Shown: positions 48,261 to 62,674, counted from the stretch's first letter. The stretch: DNA of 64,000 bases from Vicugna vicugna (GCA_013265495.1 MU058257.1:751418-815417); one strand, 5' to 3'. Translations and numbers: made by a program. Notes: a model not told the origin generated them from the sequence alone.

Positions 48261-50157
48261 TCTTAAAATTGCCAATATTTTTCATTTAAGTTTTCCAAGC
48301 TAGAAATGTCAAAGTCATCATCTCCAGCTTTCCCCGCTGATGTCTTAGCCTCCTTCCAGACCGGCCCGCATTCTGGGATTATTCCTCCCCAGTGTCTCCT
48401 GATTCCAATCCCCCATCTTTCTCCTCTTTGCTGCTTTTGCAGCTCTTGCAGCTGACACTTCCAACAGTTCTCCAAAATCCATTCTCTTCGCTGGCTCGGG
48501 CACTTCAAGGAGCACTTGGTTCTCCCGCTCCGTGCCGCCCGGGCAGCGGGTGGAGACCAGAAACAGCTCACGTCCCTTCTGAGCTCGGTGCTCTCATCAT
48601 CTGCTGACTGACGCTGCTGACGCCGAGGGCTGCGGGTGGAGGAGCCGTGGACGGCAGAGCCTGGGTCTCTGAGTGACCGTGTGGGGCTGACCCGCTGCCT
48701 GGAGCATCACCACTCGTGTTGAGCGGTGGCCCACTGGTCCCTCTGCTACAGCCATCGCGTGCATCTCAGAGGAAGACGGCTCTCCTCATCCTTGACTCAC
48801 ACTCTTGTAACCACCGCCTTGCTGGGCTCCCCTTCCAGTAACCCTGACCCTGGAATGACCTGCCGAACCACACTGATGCTAACTCCTGACTTGGAAGCCT
48901 CCAGGAGCTCAACTTCCTTACCTGCGGGACTGGTCACCGGCCCCCCACCCAGCCCAGGGTCTGCCCCGCCTCGGACATGCATGGCGTTCCGTGCCCGCAT
49001 GAGGATAGGGCAGTTCCTGCTATTTGCTTTGGAGAAAACAGCACACAACCTCCAGGAAGCAGTTTCATAAAAACGATTTGCTTCATAGGACTATTAATTT
49101 CTGCTTCACGACTGGTGACAGTGGTGGTGGCAGGGTTCACGTCTTCGGGGAGGGGGAAGCGGCCGCTTCTGGTGTTACTGACTTAGGCCCACAGCTGTCT
49201 GAGCTTAGAGAGGACAGTTTCCTCATCGTGTAGGTAAGAAAACTGCCACCCAGACAGCTGACCTAACATGCTCCAGGCCACGCAGCCCGGGGGACAGACT
49301 CAAAGCAGCTCCCACGTAAACCAAGCCCCGGTGCACAGACCTGCCTTCCCTGCCGCCGGCTGTCCCCGCGGAGCGGCCCTAGAACACAGGAAACATCCGC
49401 TCTCCACTGCTCGGATTCAGCTCACTTGCGAGCTCAATTTAATGCTCTATTTAAGCTTCCGCGCAGGTTCCTCGGGTCGGTTCCCCCAGGCGTGGTCTCC
49501 CAGCCCATCGTGCGGGGGACAGAGCATTAGGTCTGGCCTCTTAACCTGCACCTCTGTCACCCACCGACGACGGACTGAGCTGTCACGCGGACACGACCTT
49601 TTCCGCGCCTCAGGGCCGGAGCCTGCGAGGCTGCAGGGGTCCCCTTTCCACCGCGGCGGGAGGAGCGGCAGGGCTGTAACTGTGATTACACCGCGCAGAA
49701 ACCCAATGCTGCTGAGAAGGAGGGTTGCTCTTCGGCCGTGGGCCTGGAAGCTCAGGGAAGGCTCTGTTTAGAAACCGATAATGCAGTGAGCCCAGCGATC
49801 AGCGCCGGGGGAGTCTGATCTGGGGCGAAGACGGGGCGGGAAGACCCTGCTGCCTCTGTACTGGCACCACTGGAACGGACTCGTTCTGGCCCAGCCTGCA
49901 GGTGACTTAATTTAACAGATCAACTGCTGGAGAAATTCTGAGTAAGTTCTTTGAATACTGACTGTCCTTCCCTTGTTGTTTAAGTGTGTGGAGAGTCACA
50001 TCTGATGAACACGCAAGAGAATGCGAGAAGACCAACGCCTGCTGGTTTGTATGAAACATTAAGCTCAAACACGTCCTTTATCATATTGGACAAAAATTAG
50101 GCGAAGTTCTGTGCAGTCTGCTGAAGGGGATTTTTGTAGCCATGTCATTCACGTCCC

Positions 50158-50295
50158 TCTTTTTTGTTGTTGTTTATTTATTTGGGGGGGGTTTATTACA
50201 TTTAGCTTTTATTTTAATGGAGGTACCAGGGATGGAATCCAGGACCTCACGCGTGCTAAGCACACGCTCTACCACTGAGCTACACGCTCCGTCCC
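50158..50295 (-). mobile_element. tRNA-derived SINE (camelid type)
   Basis: GGAGGTACCAGGGATGGAATCCAGGACCTC...CTCTACCACTGAGCTA on the plus strand, T-rich tail, flanking GTCCCTCT repeat. Confidence 0.85.
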
Positions 50296-50865
50296 ATGTC
50301 CCTCTTTCCTAAGTGCACAGCTACTACTGCTGATGCTAATGGACATTCAGAGTTTAGTGTCCAGGGCAGTAGAGGAACTCAAGGATGTAAGGCCACAAGT
50401 CGTCTTAAAGCAAAGAGTCAGGATGAATGGGGACTACATCAGGGAGCGGGAGGCGGGCGTGTTATGAACTGTCAAAGACTGCCCCCCACCATGGAACTAG
50501 CAGCTCACCCTTACTCAGAGCTCCCCTCCCCCATCTTATTTTCTTTCTCCGTGGCACTCCTCATCCTGAGACCTTTGAGCACGGAGATGTATGATGATGA
50601 CTTTTATTAGATATTTACTATTTAAGCATGGTATCATTAATATTCTGTGCCCAGAGTCAAGGTCTATCTGTCTATAATCTTCCTAGAAGTTGCAGCCCTG
50701 TTTTTTTTTTTTTTTATTTTTACCCCCTTTGGATATGTTCACTATATGACTTCAAGCAAATCCCTCAATTCCTCATGCCTCAGATGTATAATTTATAAAA
50801 TGTAGGGGTTTTTTTTCCACATGTGCCCTCCATATTTTATTTCTCTTTTAAAAAAACATGACTTT

Positions 50866-51185
50866 AAGTCAGACAGAAAAAGACAGATATGGTATGATTT
50901 CACACATATGTGGAATATAAGCAAACAAAGTAAACGAACAAACAAAACCCAAAGAAAATAGACAAGAAGATGAGAGAATAGAGTCATGGTTACCAGAAAG
51001 GGAGAGGGGCTGGGGAGGGTGAAATGGGTAGAAAGGGTCAACTGCACAGTGATGGCAGTGGTTGGAAGCTGAGTTTTTGGTGCTTACTATGCTGGAGAGT
51101 ACACAGAAGTTGAAATATAATATTGTACACATGAACCTTATATAATGATACAAACCAATATTACCTCAATAAAAGTAAATTTAAA
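50866..51185 (+). mobile_element. L1 3'-end fragment (older subfamily)
   Basis: AAGTCAGACAGAAAAAGACAGATATGGTATGATTTCAC ... AATAAA. Confidence 0.8.
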
Positions 51186-51507
51186 ATTTAAAACATGACT
51201 TTAAAAAAGAAATAACTGCACAATTAATTGGCTTTAAATGAGGAGAATAGGACATTAATGAAAAAGGCAAAAGCCAGGAACAGAGAATGTGGGATTTGAA
51301 AATTCCAAGGGTGAACATGGTCATCCCAGAAGCTCAAGTGCTTGAGAACAGTGAGGGACAGGAGAAGCCTCCTCTGCCACCATCCCCCTTTCTCCTTTTT
51401 CCCTCACATGTTTCCTCGTTTAAATTCAATTGTTTTTTTTTCTTGGTTAAAATTACCTTAACTTGTCTTTTGGAGGCAAGCATAGAATCCCATTTGCAAA
51501 TTAGTTT

Positions 51508-51800
51508 AATGAACCTATTTACAAAACAGAACAGACTCACAGACATAGAAAACAAACTTATGGATATCAAAGGGGAAAGGGGGTGGGAGGGATAAACTGG
51601 GAGTTTGGGATTAACACAGACACACTACTGTATATAAAACCAGTAAACAAAAAGGTCCTACTGTGCAGCACAGGGAGTGACCTTGCAATAACATATAATG
51701 AAAAAGAACATCTATGTATGTATATGTGAGTGAATCACTATGCTGTACACCAGACACTAACACAACATCGTAAATCAGCTGTACTTCAGGAAGAAAAAAG
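51508..51800 (+). mobile_element. L1 3'-end fragment
   Basis: AATGAACCTATTTACAAAACAGAACAGACTCACAGACATAGAAAACAAACTTATGG. Confidence 0.85.
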
Positions 51801-54800
51801 AAGAGAGATGCGAGTGGCTGAGCCTCTTACACTGGCAGACATCGTCAAGGTGGCACTGTGGGGATATTGAAGGACAGGCAACTCTTTGCCTCCGGGACTG
51901 AATCACTGACACCATGGGTACCCCCAGCAGAGAATTCCAGGAGAATCTCATAATCGGTTATGGGTATGATGGATATAATCCTCAGGTATTATCCACACCT
52001 TGAGTTTTCTATGGTTCCATGTGATTCTTTTCTATGTGATTCATGGGTTTTCAGGAGAGCACTTTGTCATTGATTCTATTTCAAATCTGCCAATTCATGA
52101 AAAAGTTTCTGACCCAGGTTTTCTAAAAGGTTCGCTTGTGTCCTATTTTCCATCACGAATGGACACTCTCCAGTGTTAACGCTTAAATGTTCCATAAGGT
52201 ATAGTCTTCAAGTCCAAGCTTATGACCTCGTTTTCTCACTCACCTCGTCTCTCATGCTCTTGCTATTCCATCTCTATTCTTTGGAGGGAGGAAGTGCAGG
52301 GTGACAGTCATTAAGGGTCTAGATTGGTTGTTGAGGTTAATGTGATGACACAGTCTGTTCAGTGACCTAGCTGTGCCTCTCAATGCTGAGACGGGGGATT
52401 GGGGCTGCTGGGCTCTGCTCCAGGTGGGGGCAGCAGGGCTGGGGAGGCAGATGGGTGTGAATCCCCCTGTTCTTGCTTTTGAGATTCCGTCTTCCATCTC
52501 TGACCCTCTTTTAGGGGGCAAGAGCCACCACTTATTCTAGCCAGATGGGAGTACCAGTTTCTTACTGGTAAGAACATGTACACACAGAGCATAGGTAAGT
52601 ATCTAGCTTTGTACAGATAAGGAGGTCATTCTTACAGACTCCTCTTGGCTTGGATCATCTGTCCAAACAACCATAGTCAATTCTTGACCAAATTCTTGGC
52701 TCTCTGAGGTTGAGTTTTCTTCTGTGCTGAGTGTGTCGCTCAAAAGTCAATTGTCAATTTTTTACACATCATCCTCTTGCTATGAAATCCAACTCAAGCT
52801 GCTTGGTTCTTTTGTCCCCTAATTCCTCTGTTCAGAGCTGCCCATTATTTCTTTGGGAGGACAGGCCAATCTCCCCTTTTCTTTAAAACCACCTAGCTAT
52901 CAAAATGCTTACAAGACTGTCAGCTCCTTGAGGGCAAGGATTAGAGATTATTCATCACTGTATCTTCACCAGTGCTCAAATACTGGACAAATGTTTGTTT
53001 TATAAATAAGGTATATGCAACCAGTGTACGGCAGCAGAAGATCAACACAGAGCACGTTGACAGCTGGATTTCCAGACATTTCCGGTTTCACAGATGTACT
53101 TTCTGTCCTTCTGTTTTTCAAATAGCTCCAATCAAACTTCTAGATTGTGTGCCTATTAATGTCAGAGATTATTTAATATGTGTATGTGTGTATATATTAT
53201 ACACACACACGTACATCCGTGTCTCCTTCAGTGCTAAGCTCAATGCTTGGTACATGCTAGGCACCCAATATAAATTCTTCAAGTGAATGAATGTGACTTT
53301 TTAAAGTCAAGTTAATTTATTTTTCAGAAGAATTGAGTTTTAGTGAATTAAACTTTTATGATTTTAGCAAATCCTTCATACAAACCAGTTGGGAAAACAC
53401 CTATAATTTATGCCTCACAGACCTTCTGCTACATTCTAAAATTTAATTTGCAGTGCCTATGCTAATTTGAATGAGATGAAAACCAAATTTAAAAAACTAG
53501 TGTTGAACATTTTTAGAGATTTGGGACTGTAATAATTTTGCTTCTTCACTCCCTGTTTCTTCTACTTCATTGAAATACAAGATTTAAAATTTGGTGAATG
53601 GTAAATATATTTTGTCCTAATTTTAGACTAAATCAAAGCATTTAATAGAAATTCTAAATGGAAATCACCTAATGATAGAGGTTAGATTTTTGTTGAACTA
53701 AATCTTAGATATTTGGTTTTTAATAATAACTGACCAAATGTAAATGGCTTTTGTGAATTATATTGAAAACATTATTTTTGAAGTATTGAGGCCAATAATG
53801 AACCCTTAGGTGGAGGACGTCAGTACTGGAAATAGTAGATTAGAGGTTGTAAGCAGAGGCTTTGGGCTCTCTGTCCTGCATTTGATTCCTTGTGCTAGCA
53901 CCCCTGGAAGCAAAGTTACTGGACTCTGTGGGGCCCTAAGACGTGGCCCGTATTGAAGGCCTTCCCCAGAGCACAGTGCCCTGGGGGTTCTCTTCTCTGA
54001 ATAGACTTTTTTGGGATCCTACAGGGGGCTGTGGAAGGAGAAGAGATTCGGAAAGAGAAAAGAAAGCCTCATTCATTGGGGCTGATTAATTATTTAAACA
54101 AGAACTTGCAAGAGAAAAGAAACTGAGAGGTTTAAGAAATGAGAAACTCCATTTTCAAAATGGTTCTCTTTCCGCAGCCCTTGCAGGAAGCACAAAGGTA
54201 TTTTTCTCCAGTATTTACCACGAGGACCCGGTGAGTTCCTGGAGGTAAAACCCACAAATGTGTGAGTGCGTCCCTCTGGAGTTTTTAACTTTCCAGACGT
54301 GCCCACACAGAGCCTCCAGCAGTTTGCCGACTGCAGTCACGCCTCCCACCCCGGCATGGTTCCTGTGGGGCTTTTCCGCTCACACGTTTCTGCTCTGGAA
54401 AGAGCCCAGGTGACTGAGTCATGGAGGTTAAGGGTACTTGTTGGCAGAGCCGGTACTGGGGAGCCTCAGAGAAGGTTCTTCTAAAATCCACATGACTAAA
54501 TCAACTAAATATGGCACTCTTGGAGAAGGACGCACTCTTTCAGGCCACAGGATACAATGTAGTAAGTAGCCTCCCAAGATGGATGGAAAACTCAAAGGAA
54601 TAAAAGTTCTCATTAACATGTGACAACAAAACAAAACAAAACACCTCCTCCCTTCACCTTCACGGAGAGATGTCTTAAAACCAAACGGGTACCATGCTGC
54701 TTTCCCATCATTGTCCATGTAGGTTGAGAAGACATGAAACTGTGACATTTGCAGGGTTTGATTATGTAAGAATCAGTGGGCTTCCTGAGCAGGAAAATGC

Positions 54801-55729
54801 TGTATTTCATACAGTCCTTATGTCACTAGTGGGATCAGAAGGCGACAGTCATATACCGGCCACTTTTACATGCTTCATTCAGAAGCTATGCCGCAGAGGA
54901 ACAGCTAGATTTGGGGTCTGGTCCCTGAGTTTGTTACTGTCGGCATGGTCTTGGGTAGTCCCCTCATCTCGGTGACCTAGGCAACATCGATGCCCTGCCT
55001 GTCATGACTGATGGGTCCTGATGGGACAGACTCAGAAACAAGCACACAGGTCCGACCCCAGAGAGCAGAGTGAGCGTGTGAATGTGTGTGGGTCTCATCT
55101 GTGCTGTGAGGGGTACTAGTTTGAGCTCTTTGGGAAGCAAAGATCGAGTTAACTAGCATGTGCTTGGTGCCTAGAAAGCAAGCAGAGAAGTGTGTCTGCC
55201 CATCACCGGGAGTTGGAGATGATGAACCAGAGAAACAGCCCGGGAGTCAAGTCTACTCATGTTGGAAGCTGCAGTCTTTGGCTCCTGGTAAATTCTGTGT
55301 GCTGGTCTTTGTTGCCCTCTGACATCTTTTTCTGCAGCCCAAGCTCATGGAAGGCTCTTACCCCACGACCCCCAGCAGCGCCCGTGCCCCAGGGCACTTC
55401 TTACAGAAGAGGCAAGGGTATTCCAGTGGCAACTCCCCGGAGGTGGGCGGCCCTTCCCCGACCTCTCACATCTTCCCCATCAACCCCCTCCTCCCCCGCT
55501 GTATTGAACTCACGGATAACAAGATTAAAGACATTTGTAACACCTCAACCTTACCACCATCATCCATTCAATTTCCAATAAGTTGGGAAATAAGGCATAT
55601 AGGAAGCAGGAAAGGAAAAGGTTTTGAGCTGATGTCTTTGAAAGATAGGCTTAGTAGTGGGCAGATTTGAACTGGAAAAACCTATAGGCAAATGCAGGCA
55701 GGAAGACTGAGCAGAAATCCGTTTATATG

Positions 55730-55920
55730 AACACTTCTTGGGTTACTCTGTGACGTGTGTACTCTATACATTCATAAGTTAACCTTATGAAGTTGATAGT
55801 AATATCCCAATATTATAAATAGGGAAACTGAGAGACAGGGAGATTTAAGTAACTTCTCCATATCAATTCACTAATAAGTAAGAGCTGGGATATAAACCAA
55901 ACCTTTAAATGTTAAAGCTC
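55730..55920. mobile_element. MIR remnant
   Basis: ATATCCCAATATTATAAATAGGGAAACTGAGAGACAGGGAGATTTAAGTAACTT core. Confidence 0.65.
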
Positions 55921-58900
55921 ATCCCATTTGTTATTTTTTATTTTGAAGTCAAAGCAGATGGTTGAGTTAACCCTTCTGTTTGGTTCAAGGCACGTCACCA
56001 TCTTTCATCTGAGCAAGACCTCATTCTTATTTTATTTTTATCCACTTGAAAAATCCCTGTGCCCTATTCCCATTACTCTATTTTCCATAATCAAAAATTT
56101 CAGTGTGTTTGATGTGTATTTTCCCATGTGTTCTTGGAAAATGAGCAGGATTATTTTGCGTGCAAGTATTTTAAATTTATGTACATGATATTAACTATAT
56201 ATCTTCCCTTCCCTACTTTTTTTTCACTAAGGACTATATTTCTAAGATTCGTCCCTATTTTTATGGATGCTTCTAATTCATTGCTTCTAACTGCAACTTC
56301 TGCCCTTTCAATTACATACAATTAATTCCCTAAAGCTAGGGGCAGACTTAGGAGACAACGTTCATAAATATTAATTAATTAATTAGCATATCAAAAGCAG
56401 TTCAGTCAACAAGACATTTGTTGAGCACTTACTACCAGACACTGTAAAATTCTAAACCTGTCCTTGAGAGATGCCCGGTCCAGTAGGGGACCCAATCGTG
56501 CAAATAGATAATTACAGTTTGGTGAATTACATGCAGAAACAGACATGAGCTCAAGAAAAAGCAGGGTGTGACTGTCTCTGCTCGGAGCTCCGCACAAAAT
56601 GAGTGAAACGTGGAACAAAAGAGTGACCCTTCCTAGGTTTGAGAGAACAAGGAGGAGGGGTGTTCCGAGTGGAGGGGTGGGGAGAGGGCACTCCCGGAAG
56701 CAGCACTTTTGACAAGGGCTGTTTCATTGCCTGTCCTCCCCGTGGGCCCTCCAAGGAGCACGCTCGACCCTCAGGCTCTCAGAAGAGCAGCAGTGTTCAC
56801 CCCTCCCACTTCCTGAGCCAGGGCTGCTTGTCCAAGGGGTGGACACCTGGCACTGAGCACACAGGAAACCTCCTGATGGTTCAGCGACCAGACACACGTG
56901 CGGTCTTGGTTAAACCGGTAATTTGGTCTGATCTCTCCTTTCCCTTGACATTTGACCTAAGAAACCCAGGCATGTTACAGGTGGTGACAGAAGGGGAAGC
57001 TGGGAGGTCTGGGTGCCTGGTGGTCATTTGCATGTTGATTAATAAACAACCAGGGTGGGCGTCAGTGAACGAGGAACTGGAGCCCCTCTTGGGTGGAGAG
57101 AAACGCTGCCTTGGTTCCTGGCACTTTTCCATCCTCGTCTCCAGGTCTGTGAGTTGGACTTTGCTTCCTACTGCAAGTTGCACGAGGTTCCTTCTGAATC
57201 TTCATGGTCAAGATTTCCTTACTGTGAACTACTGTGAGTTTCTATTGGAATTGCCTGATGTTGTTTGCTTAGAGCCTATCCTCCAAGGAGGCAGACCTGA
57301 GAGACTGCGGTCTGCTGACAGAGCAATAATTCGTTTGATATTCCAAGTGTGAAATATGGGGGCAGTGTTGAAGGAAAATCTGAAGGAGGAACCTATAGGA
57401 CTTGGCGACTCACTAGCTATGGGACACCAAGACCACCAACTTGGAAGACCTGGAAGAATGATGGCAACATTGATAGAAAGTGAGGGAAATGGAGGGAAGT
57501 GTAGGAAAAGGGGAGAAGAATTCAATTTAAGGTGCATGAGGAGACTTCAGGAATAAACAGCAACTGGTAAATTTGAGAAAGGGAAGCTCAGGTCCTCATT
57601 AACATGAGAGAGGCAGAGAAGCGCCCAGAGAAGAGGCTACGGGTGGGACCAAGAGTGGGCAGAGATGGGGGTCATGGAACCCAAAGGAGAAACTTTTAAA
57701 AAGCAGATCTAATAATAATAGTAGTTACTATTAAAGAGTATCAATAGTCATTAAGGTTTTCATGGTAATAGTCTATAAAACACAGCCAAGACACCAAGGA
57801 AGTGAGGGTTATAGAAAGGCAAGACAGCCCTGTGAATCCTCCCATTTTAGGAAAGTTTTTGTTGCCCTTTAAGACCCCTCTGACAGATCTGTCTCTGATA
57901 ACATGGATGTTATTCTGGGTAGTAAAATCCAAGTTCAAGGGAATCTGCTCTGTTGAAAGTTGCTTCATTTAAGGCTCAATACAATTATCAAATACATTTT
58001 GATTAATAAGATGAAGAAGCTTCCTGTGCTCGATTTATCTTAAAAGACTTAAAATTGGAAAGTAATGATCTTGGCATCTGGGGCTTTGGGAGGGGACATT
58101 TGAAGACTCCATGTTTAGAAGTGACATATACTGAAGCCTGTTCGCTGAGCATCTTTCAAAGCAGTCATGGCTAATTTGGATCTGGAGGTTGGAGGGAGTT
58201 TAAATTTGAGGATTTCCCATGTGCAGCACTGTTCTGCACTCAGCTAAAAATGTTCCAATTCTAGAACACGCATCCTAGTGACGCGTGGTTAGTTTGGAAA
58301 GAAAATAAAGGACAAATGTTTCCATTCTTCCTGTGCTGCAGATTTAACCAACTAATTAAATCCATTTTGCATTCTGGGCTTATGGTGACTTTGTGTAATT
58401 CAGACTGGAATCTTGTCATCCAGAAGATCTGCCGTTGTCCATGTTACCATGGCAGCTAAATTCTTTCCTTTTTGTAAAATCATCCCCAGCCCTTGGCTTC
58501 AGTTAACCACATAAGCCGGTGTACTATCAGCTTAATGAGGGGATCCTTCCTGCAGGCCCCTTCCAGTGCTGTCAGGTAGCTGTCCAACTTGCATGGTGTC
58601 GCTGGGTTTGGGATCTTACGCTCAGCATCCATCTGGAGCTCTGTTGCAAAGCCGGGAGGTTGCATGCCAGAGGACATCCGGCTGCTTCAGAGGAAAATTC
58701 ATCTCCTTCTTTCTTAAACGCGACCCAGTGACATCACGTAGTCCTCCTCACCCCATCCTGAGCTCCACGCTAGGATGGGCGGTTTGGTCACCATCTAAGC
58801 ATTCCTAGCTATTGTCTGTGCAAAGATTCATTTTTCACGTCTGTAGCTCGAATGCAGCATACTCTGGGATCAGTTTCAAACTCTAATGATTAACACATGT

Positions 58901-59533
58901 TTATTCATTCCAAATGGGGCTGTGACTCTCGTCCCTGCCGCACACATGTTACCGAGTTTGTTTGGTTGTTGCTATTATCTTTCCTCCCTAGGTTGATTCC
59001 TCCCATGGATCAGAAGAAGCAAGCAGCAATTTACTCTGAAATTCCTTGTCCTCAGCCTTTGAGGCACCTTCCTGCACTTGCTATTTCCCTGAGAGATGCG
59101 CCCCAGGTCACTTTCCGCGCGATACTCATTGACATTTGACTGCGCATGGAGCCTCACTCTGTGTATGCTCCCACAACGTAATGACAGCCAACTAGTGGCA
59201 GATTCACCCTCGCAGTCTCTAGGCAGTACTGCACAGCAGGAAGCACAGACGGGAAGAAAGCCACCTTTGATGGAGGCTAAACTACGGTACCTGAACCCTG
59301 AATAGCATGAAGGCAGCCATTCACAAAGAGGCTAGGGAAATTAGGGACACTGTTTTTGTTCCCAAAACCAGGTCAGACCCAGGACTACCATTGTCAGCTC
59401 CTGAGGCTCGTGCTGACTGGTGCCCTAGGAGACTTCCCAGAGCGGCACGGTCAGGTTTGGGGGTAGAGGGAGCATGCTACTCACCCATCAGCCTCAGAGG
59501 GACAGCACAGTCAGCTCGACCCAGCGCCCCAGG

Positions 59534-60054
59534 TGTTACCGAGTCCAAACTCGTTCTGCTTGCTGCATGACAGCCCAGTAAATCGGGAGGCGAGGTGTTG
59601 GGGCAAGGAAGAACGACTTTATTCGGAAAAGTAGCAGAACAGGAAGATGGAGGACTGTTGTCCTGCAGAATCATCTTCCCCAGGTCAGAATTCTGGCCCC
59701 TTTTACACTAAAAAGGGGAGGGGATGTGGTTGGTTGTTGCAACTTTCTTGGTGTTGGAATCCTTTGTTGTTCTTGCAGCTGCCCACATGGGGCAGGTCAT
59801 GGTGTTCCTGTAAACCTCCCACAAGACAAATGTTATTCTCTGTTCTGCAACTTTTTATCTCTATACGAATGGGAAAGTGTTATCCCCTTCAAGGTCAGAG
59901 CCTGGGGAATGGTCTCTACTGTATATTTCAGGCTCTAGGCAACATCCTTTTACAAAAGGTGCAAAACTAGCAGGACTGAGCCCAGGAAACAGCACAGGGT
60001 TGGAGCTAAGTGCACAGATCCAATATGGAGTCAGGTTGGTTCCTCCCTACTACA
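59534..60054 (-). mobile_element. Solo LTR of a different ERV1 family (resembles artiodactyl MER41-like LTRs)
   Basis: TG...CA ends, 4-bp TSD CAGG (59530-59533 and 60055-60058), minus-strand AATAAA. Family name is tentative. Confidence 0.8.
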
Positions 60055-61349
60055 CAGGAGAGAGCTGTGTTACCCAATCTGCAAAAACACAGGTAATTCG
60101 GACAAATTGTTGTTTACTGAGGGATTACTTTTGGTTAAATGACTTTCCCTCCTTTTGGGATGGTTTAACCCTATCCTAAGCTGAATCTCTGAGCCAAATA
60201 GAAGTTTCTGCAAATGCAGCTTCACAGCGGAGGTTAGAGAGCCACTGTGAAATTTCTTTTATTCCTGAGTTGACAGCTTTGTTAACCAAAACTACATAAA
60301 AATCATAAAACAAGAGACTAACAATACAAAGGGAAAAACCAATAACAACCAAGCAATTCCAGCCAACTCTTTCCCCTCTGCTCAAGATGAAATGAAGAAG
60401 GTGAGCACGGCACATAATAACTGTTTGTATTTTTTCCAGCATTAATAGTCTATACATGGGCACGGATAAAGAAAACGTGGATATCCTGTCTTTTTTTTTT
60501 TAAATTTTCTCATGACCTAAACATTGATCTCTTGTCACTTACCTCTTCTGAACCTGAGGTCTCTCTGGGAGAGCCGTTAGTTTTAAAATCTCAAAAGAGA
60601 GTTAAGGAGTGGTTGCAATTTTTAAAATAGTACCTAACGCACTAAGAATGCCGAGTAAGGGCCAAGCTATAATCACGTAAATGTCCCCTTTTATTTACCT
60701 CATTTCTCATGTGCTGCGTTTGAAATGAGAACTTGTTTTCACAGGACACCTTGAGTCACCTGGGGCCAGGCACAGTCATTACCAGGTTTTTTTTCCCAGA
60801 ATCTTCCCCTCCTCCAGATACTCAGGGGATTGTCTAAAAATAGCGTCACTTATGAGGACTGTTGAGATAATTTGTTTCCATAATTATCGTGGCATTTCCA
60901 GCATGCTATAATCCTACAAACCTGCAAACACAGAATGATGCTATTTTGGACCTCTTTCTTCCCAACTCCGTCTGTGTTTTCTGGGATGAAAGGAAAGATT
61001 AGGAATGCTGCTTGTTTAGAGATGGAACCAGCTGCGTTTTAATTGGACAGAGCAGCGACATGCGAAAACCAAGAGCACTTCCCTAGGAAGAAAGGCTTGG
61101 TTTTAGCTAAAAAGAAAAAAAGGAGAAGGAAAAAAAAAATCGCCCAAGTACAACGTCCTACATCCTGGAGAAGTGCAGACACGTGAGGGTGTTACTCCAG
61201 CTGAGGGGCTTAGCCAAGCCCAAGTCACTGTAATTTTTCATGGTCTTTTACATTTTTGATGACATCTTAGTGGAGGAGTCACAAATGTCTGAAAAAAGAA
61301 ATATTTAGGATGGCTGTACCACAAAAATCGATTGAAAAAGACAGTATGT

Positions 61350-61620
61350 ATATTTTTAAAATTTATGTTTTAGTTGAAGTACAGTCAGTTTACAGTGCTG
61401 TGTCAATGTCTGGTGCACAGCATTATGATTTAGTCACACATGTATGTACGTATATTCCTTTTCATATTCTTTTTCTTTATAAGTTACTACAAGATACTGG
61501 ATATCGTTCCCTGGGCTATACATTACAAAATTGTTTTTTTTTTAATCTAGTTTATGGATGGTAGTTAGTATCTGCAAACCTTGAACTTCCAATTTATCCC
61601 TTCCCACCCCCTTCCCCCTC
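61350..61620 (-). mobile_element. L1 3'-end fragment
   Basis: Homologous to 20678-20930. Confidence 0.82.
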
Positions 61621-61839
61621 TGGAAGGCAGTATATTTTGAGTCCGTTGTTTCCAAATGTTCAGCCAATACCAATTAAACAAAATAAAGGTCTATTGAGAA
61701 AAAGCTGTTGGCTGGGAAATAATCACACAGAGCCACAGTTCTGGGTGCCTTTAAATCACTTCTCAAGATTCTAAAATGGCATGTGGTACCTATGTAAGCA
61801 GCATCGACTGACGAAATATAGGGCGTCAAAGTTGATTTA

Positions 61840-62350
61840 TTTCTTCAGCTTTATTGAGGTGTAATTGACAAATAAAATTGTAATATATTTTGTGTCCAAC
61901 GTGATGATTTGACACGTGGAAATGTTGTAAAAGGATTCTAACAACTGAGTTAACTAATGCATCCATCACGTCACGTATTTATTTACCTTTTTTTGGTGTG
62001 TGAGAAGCTTTAAGTTCTACTCTCTCAGAAATTTCCATTAGACGATACAGTAGTATCAACCAGAGTCACCATGTTACACATTAGAGCCTCAGATCTCATT
62101 GATCTTGTAACCAAAGATTTGTGTAATTTGGCCAATCTGTCCCCATTTCCCCACCCCCAGCCCCTGGCAACCACTATTCCCTGTGTTTCTATGAATAGGA
62201 CTTTTTTTTTTGATTCCAAGTATAAGTGATACCATGTCATATTTGTCTTTCTCCTTCTGACTTATTTCACTGAGAATAATGTTCTTCAGATTCACAAATG
62301 ACAGGGTTTCCTTCTTTTTGAAGGCTGATTACTATTCATTCGTATATCTG
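61840..62350 (-). mobile_element. Older L1M 3' fragment
   Basis: ORF2 tail remnant MNLKNIILSEISQKEKDKYDMVSLI and typical 3' UTR. Confidence 0.8.
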
Positions 62351-62583
62351 TACACACAATTACATACATAATCTGGGGATTTCCTCCAATTGTGTCACTG
62401 TGCCTGGGGTGCAGTTTATGGCAGAAGGATGATTCCTACTCATTTTCTTGTGGATATTTTCTCTGCCATCCAGTGTGTGGGAGTCACTCAGCTACCCCCA
62501 GGGCTCTTCCAGGAGGAAGGATCCGTGTGCGGCTGTGTATTTGGTGCATTTGGGAGGAAGAGAAGGAGAGGCCTCCAATGTAG

Positions 62584-62674
62584 CCATCCTGGTGATGCCA
62601 CCATCTTGGTGATGACACCATCATCTTGGTGATGCCACCACCATCTTGGTGATGTCACCATCTTGGTGATGTCA
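62584..62674. repeat. Five copies of a 17-20 bp unit (CCATCTTGGTGATGNCA)
   Basis: Seen directly. Confidence 0.85.

Noticed and set aside
56639..57352. 237-aa plus-strand ORF
   Set aside because: Non-ATG start, no recognisable domain, and flanked by L2-like remnants.
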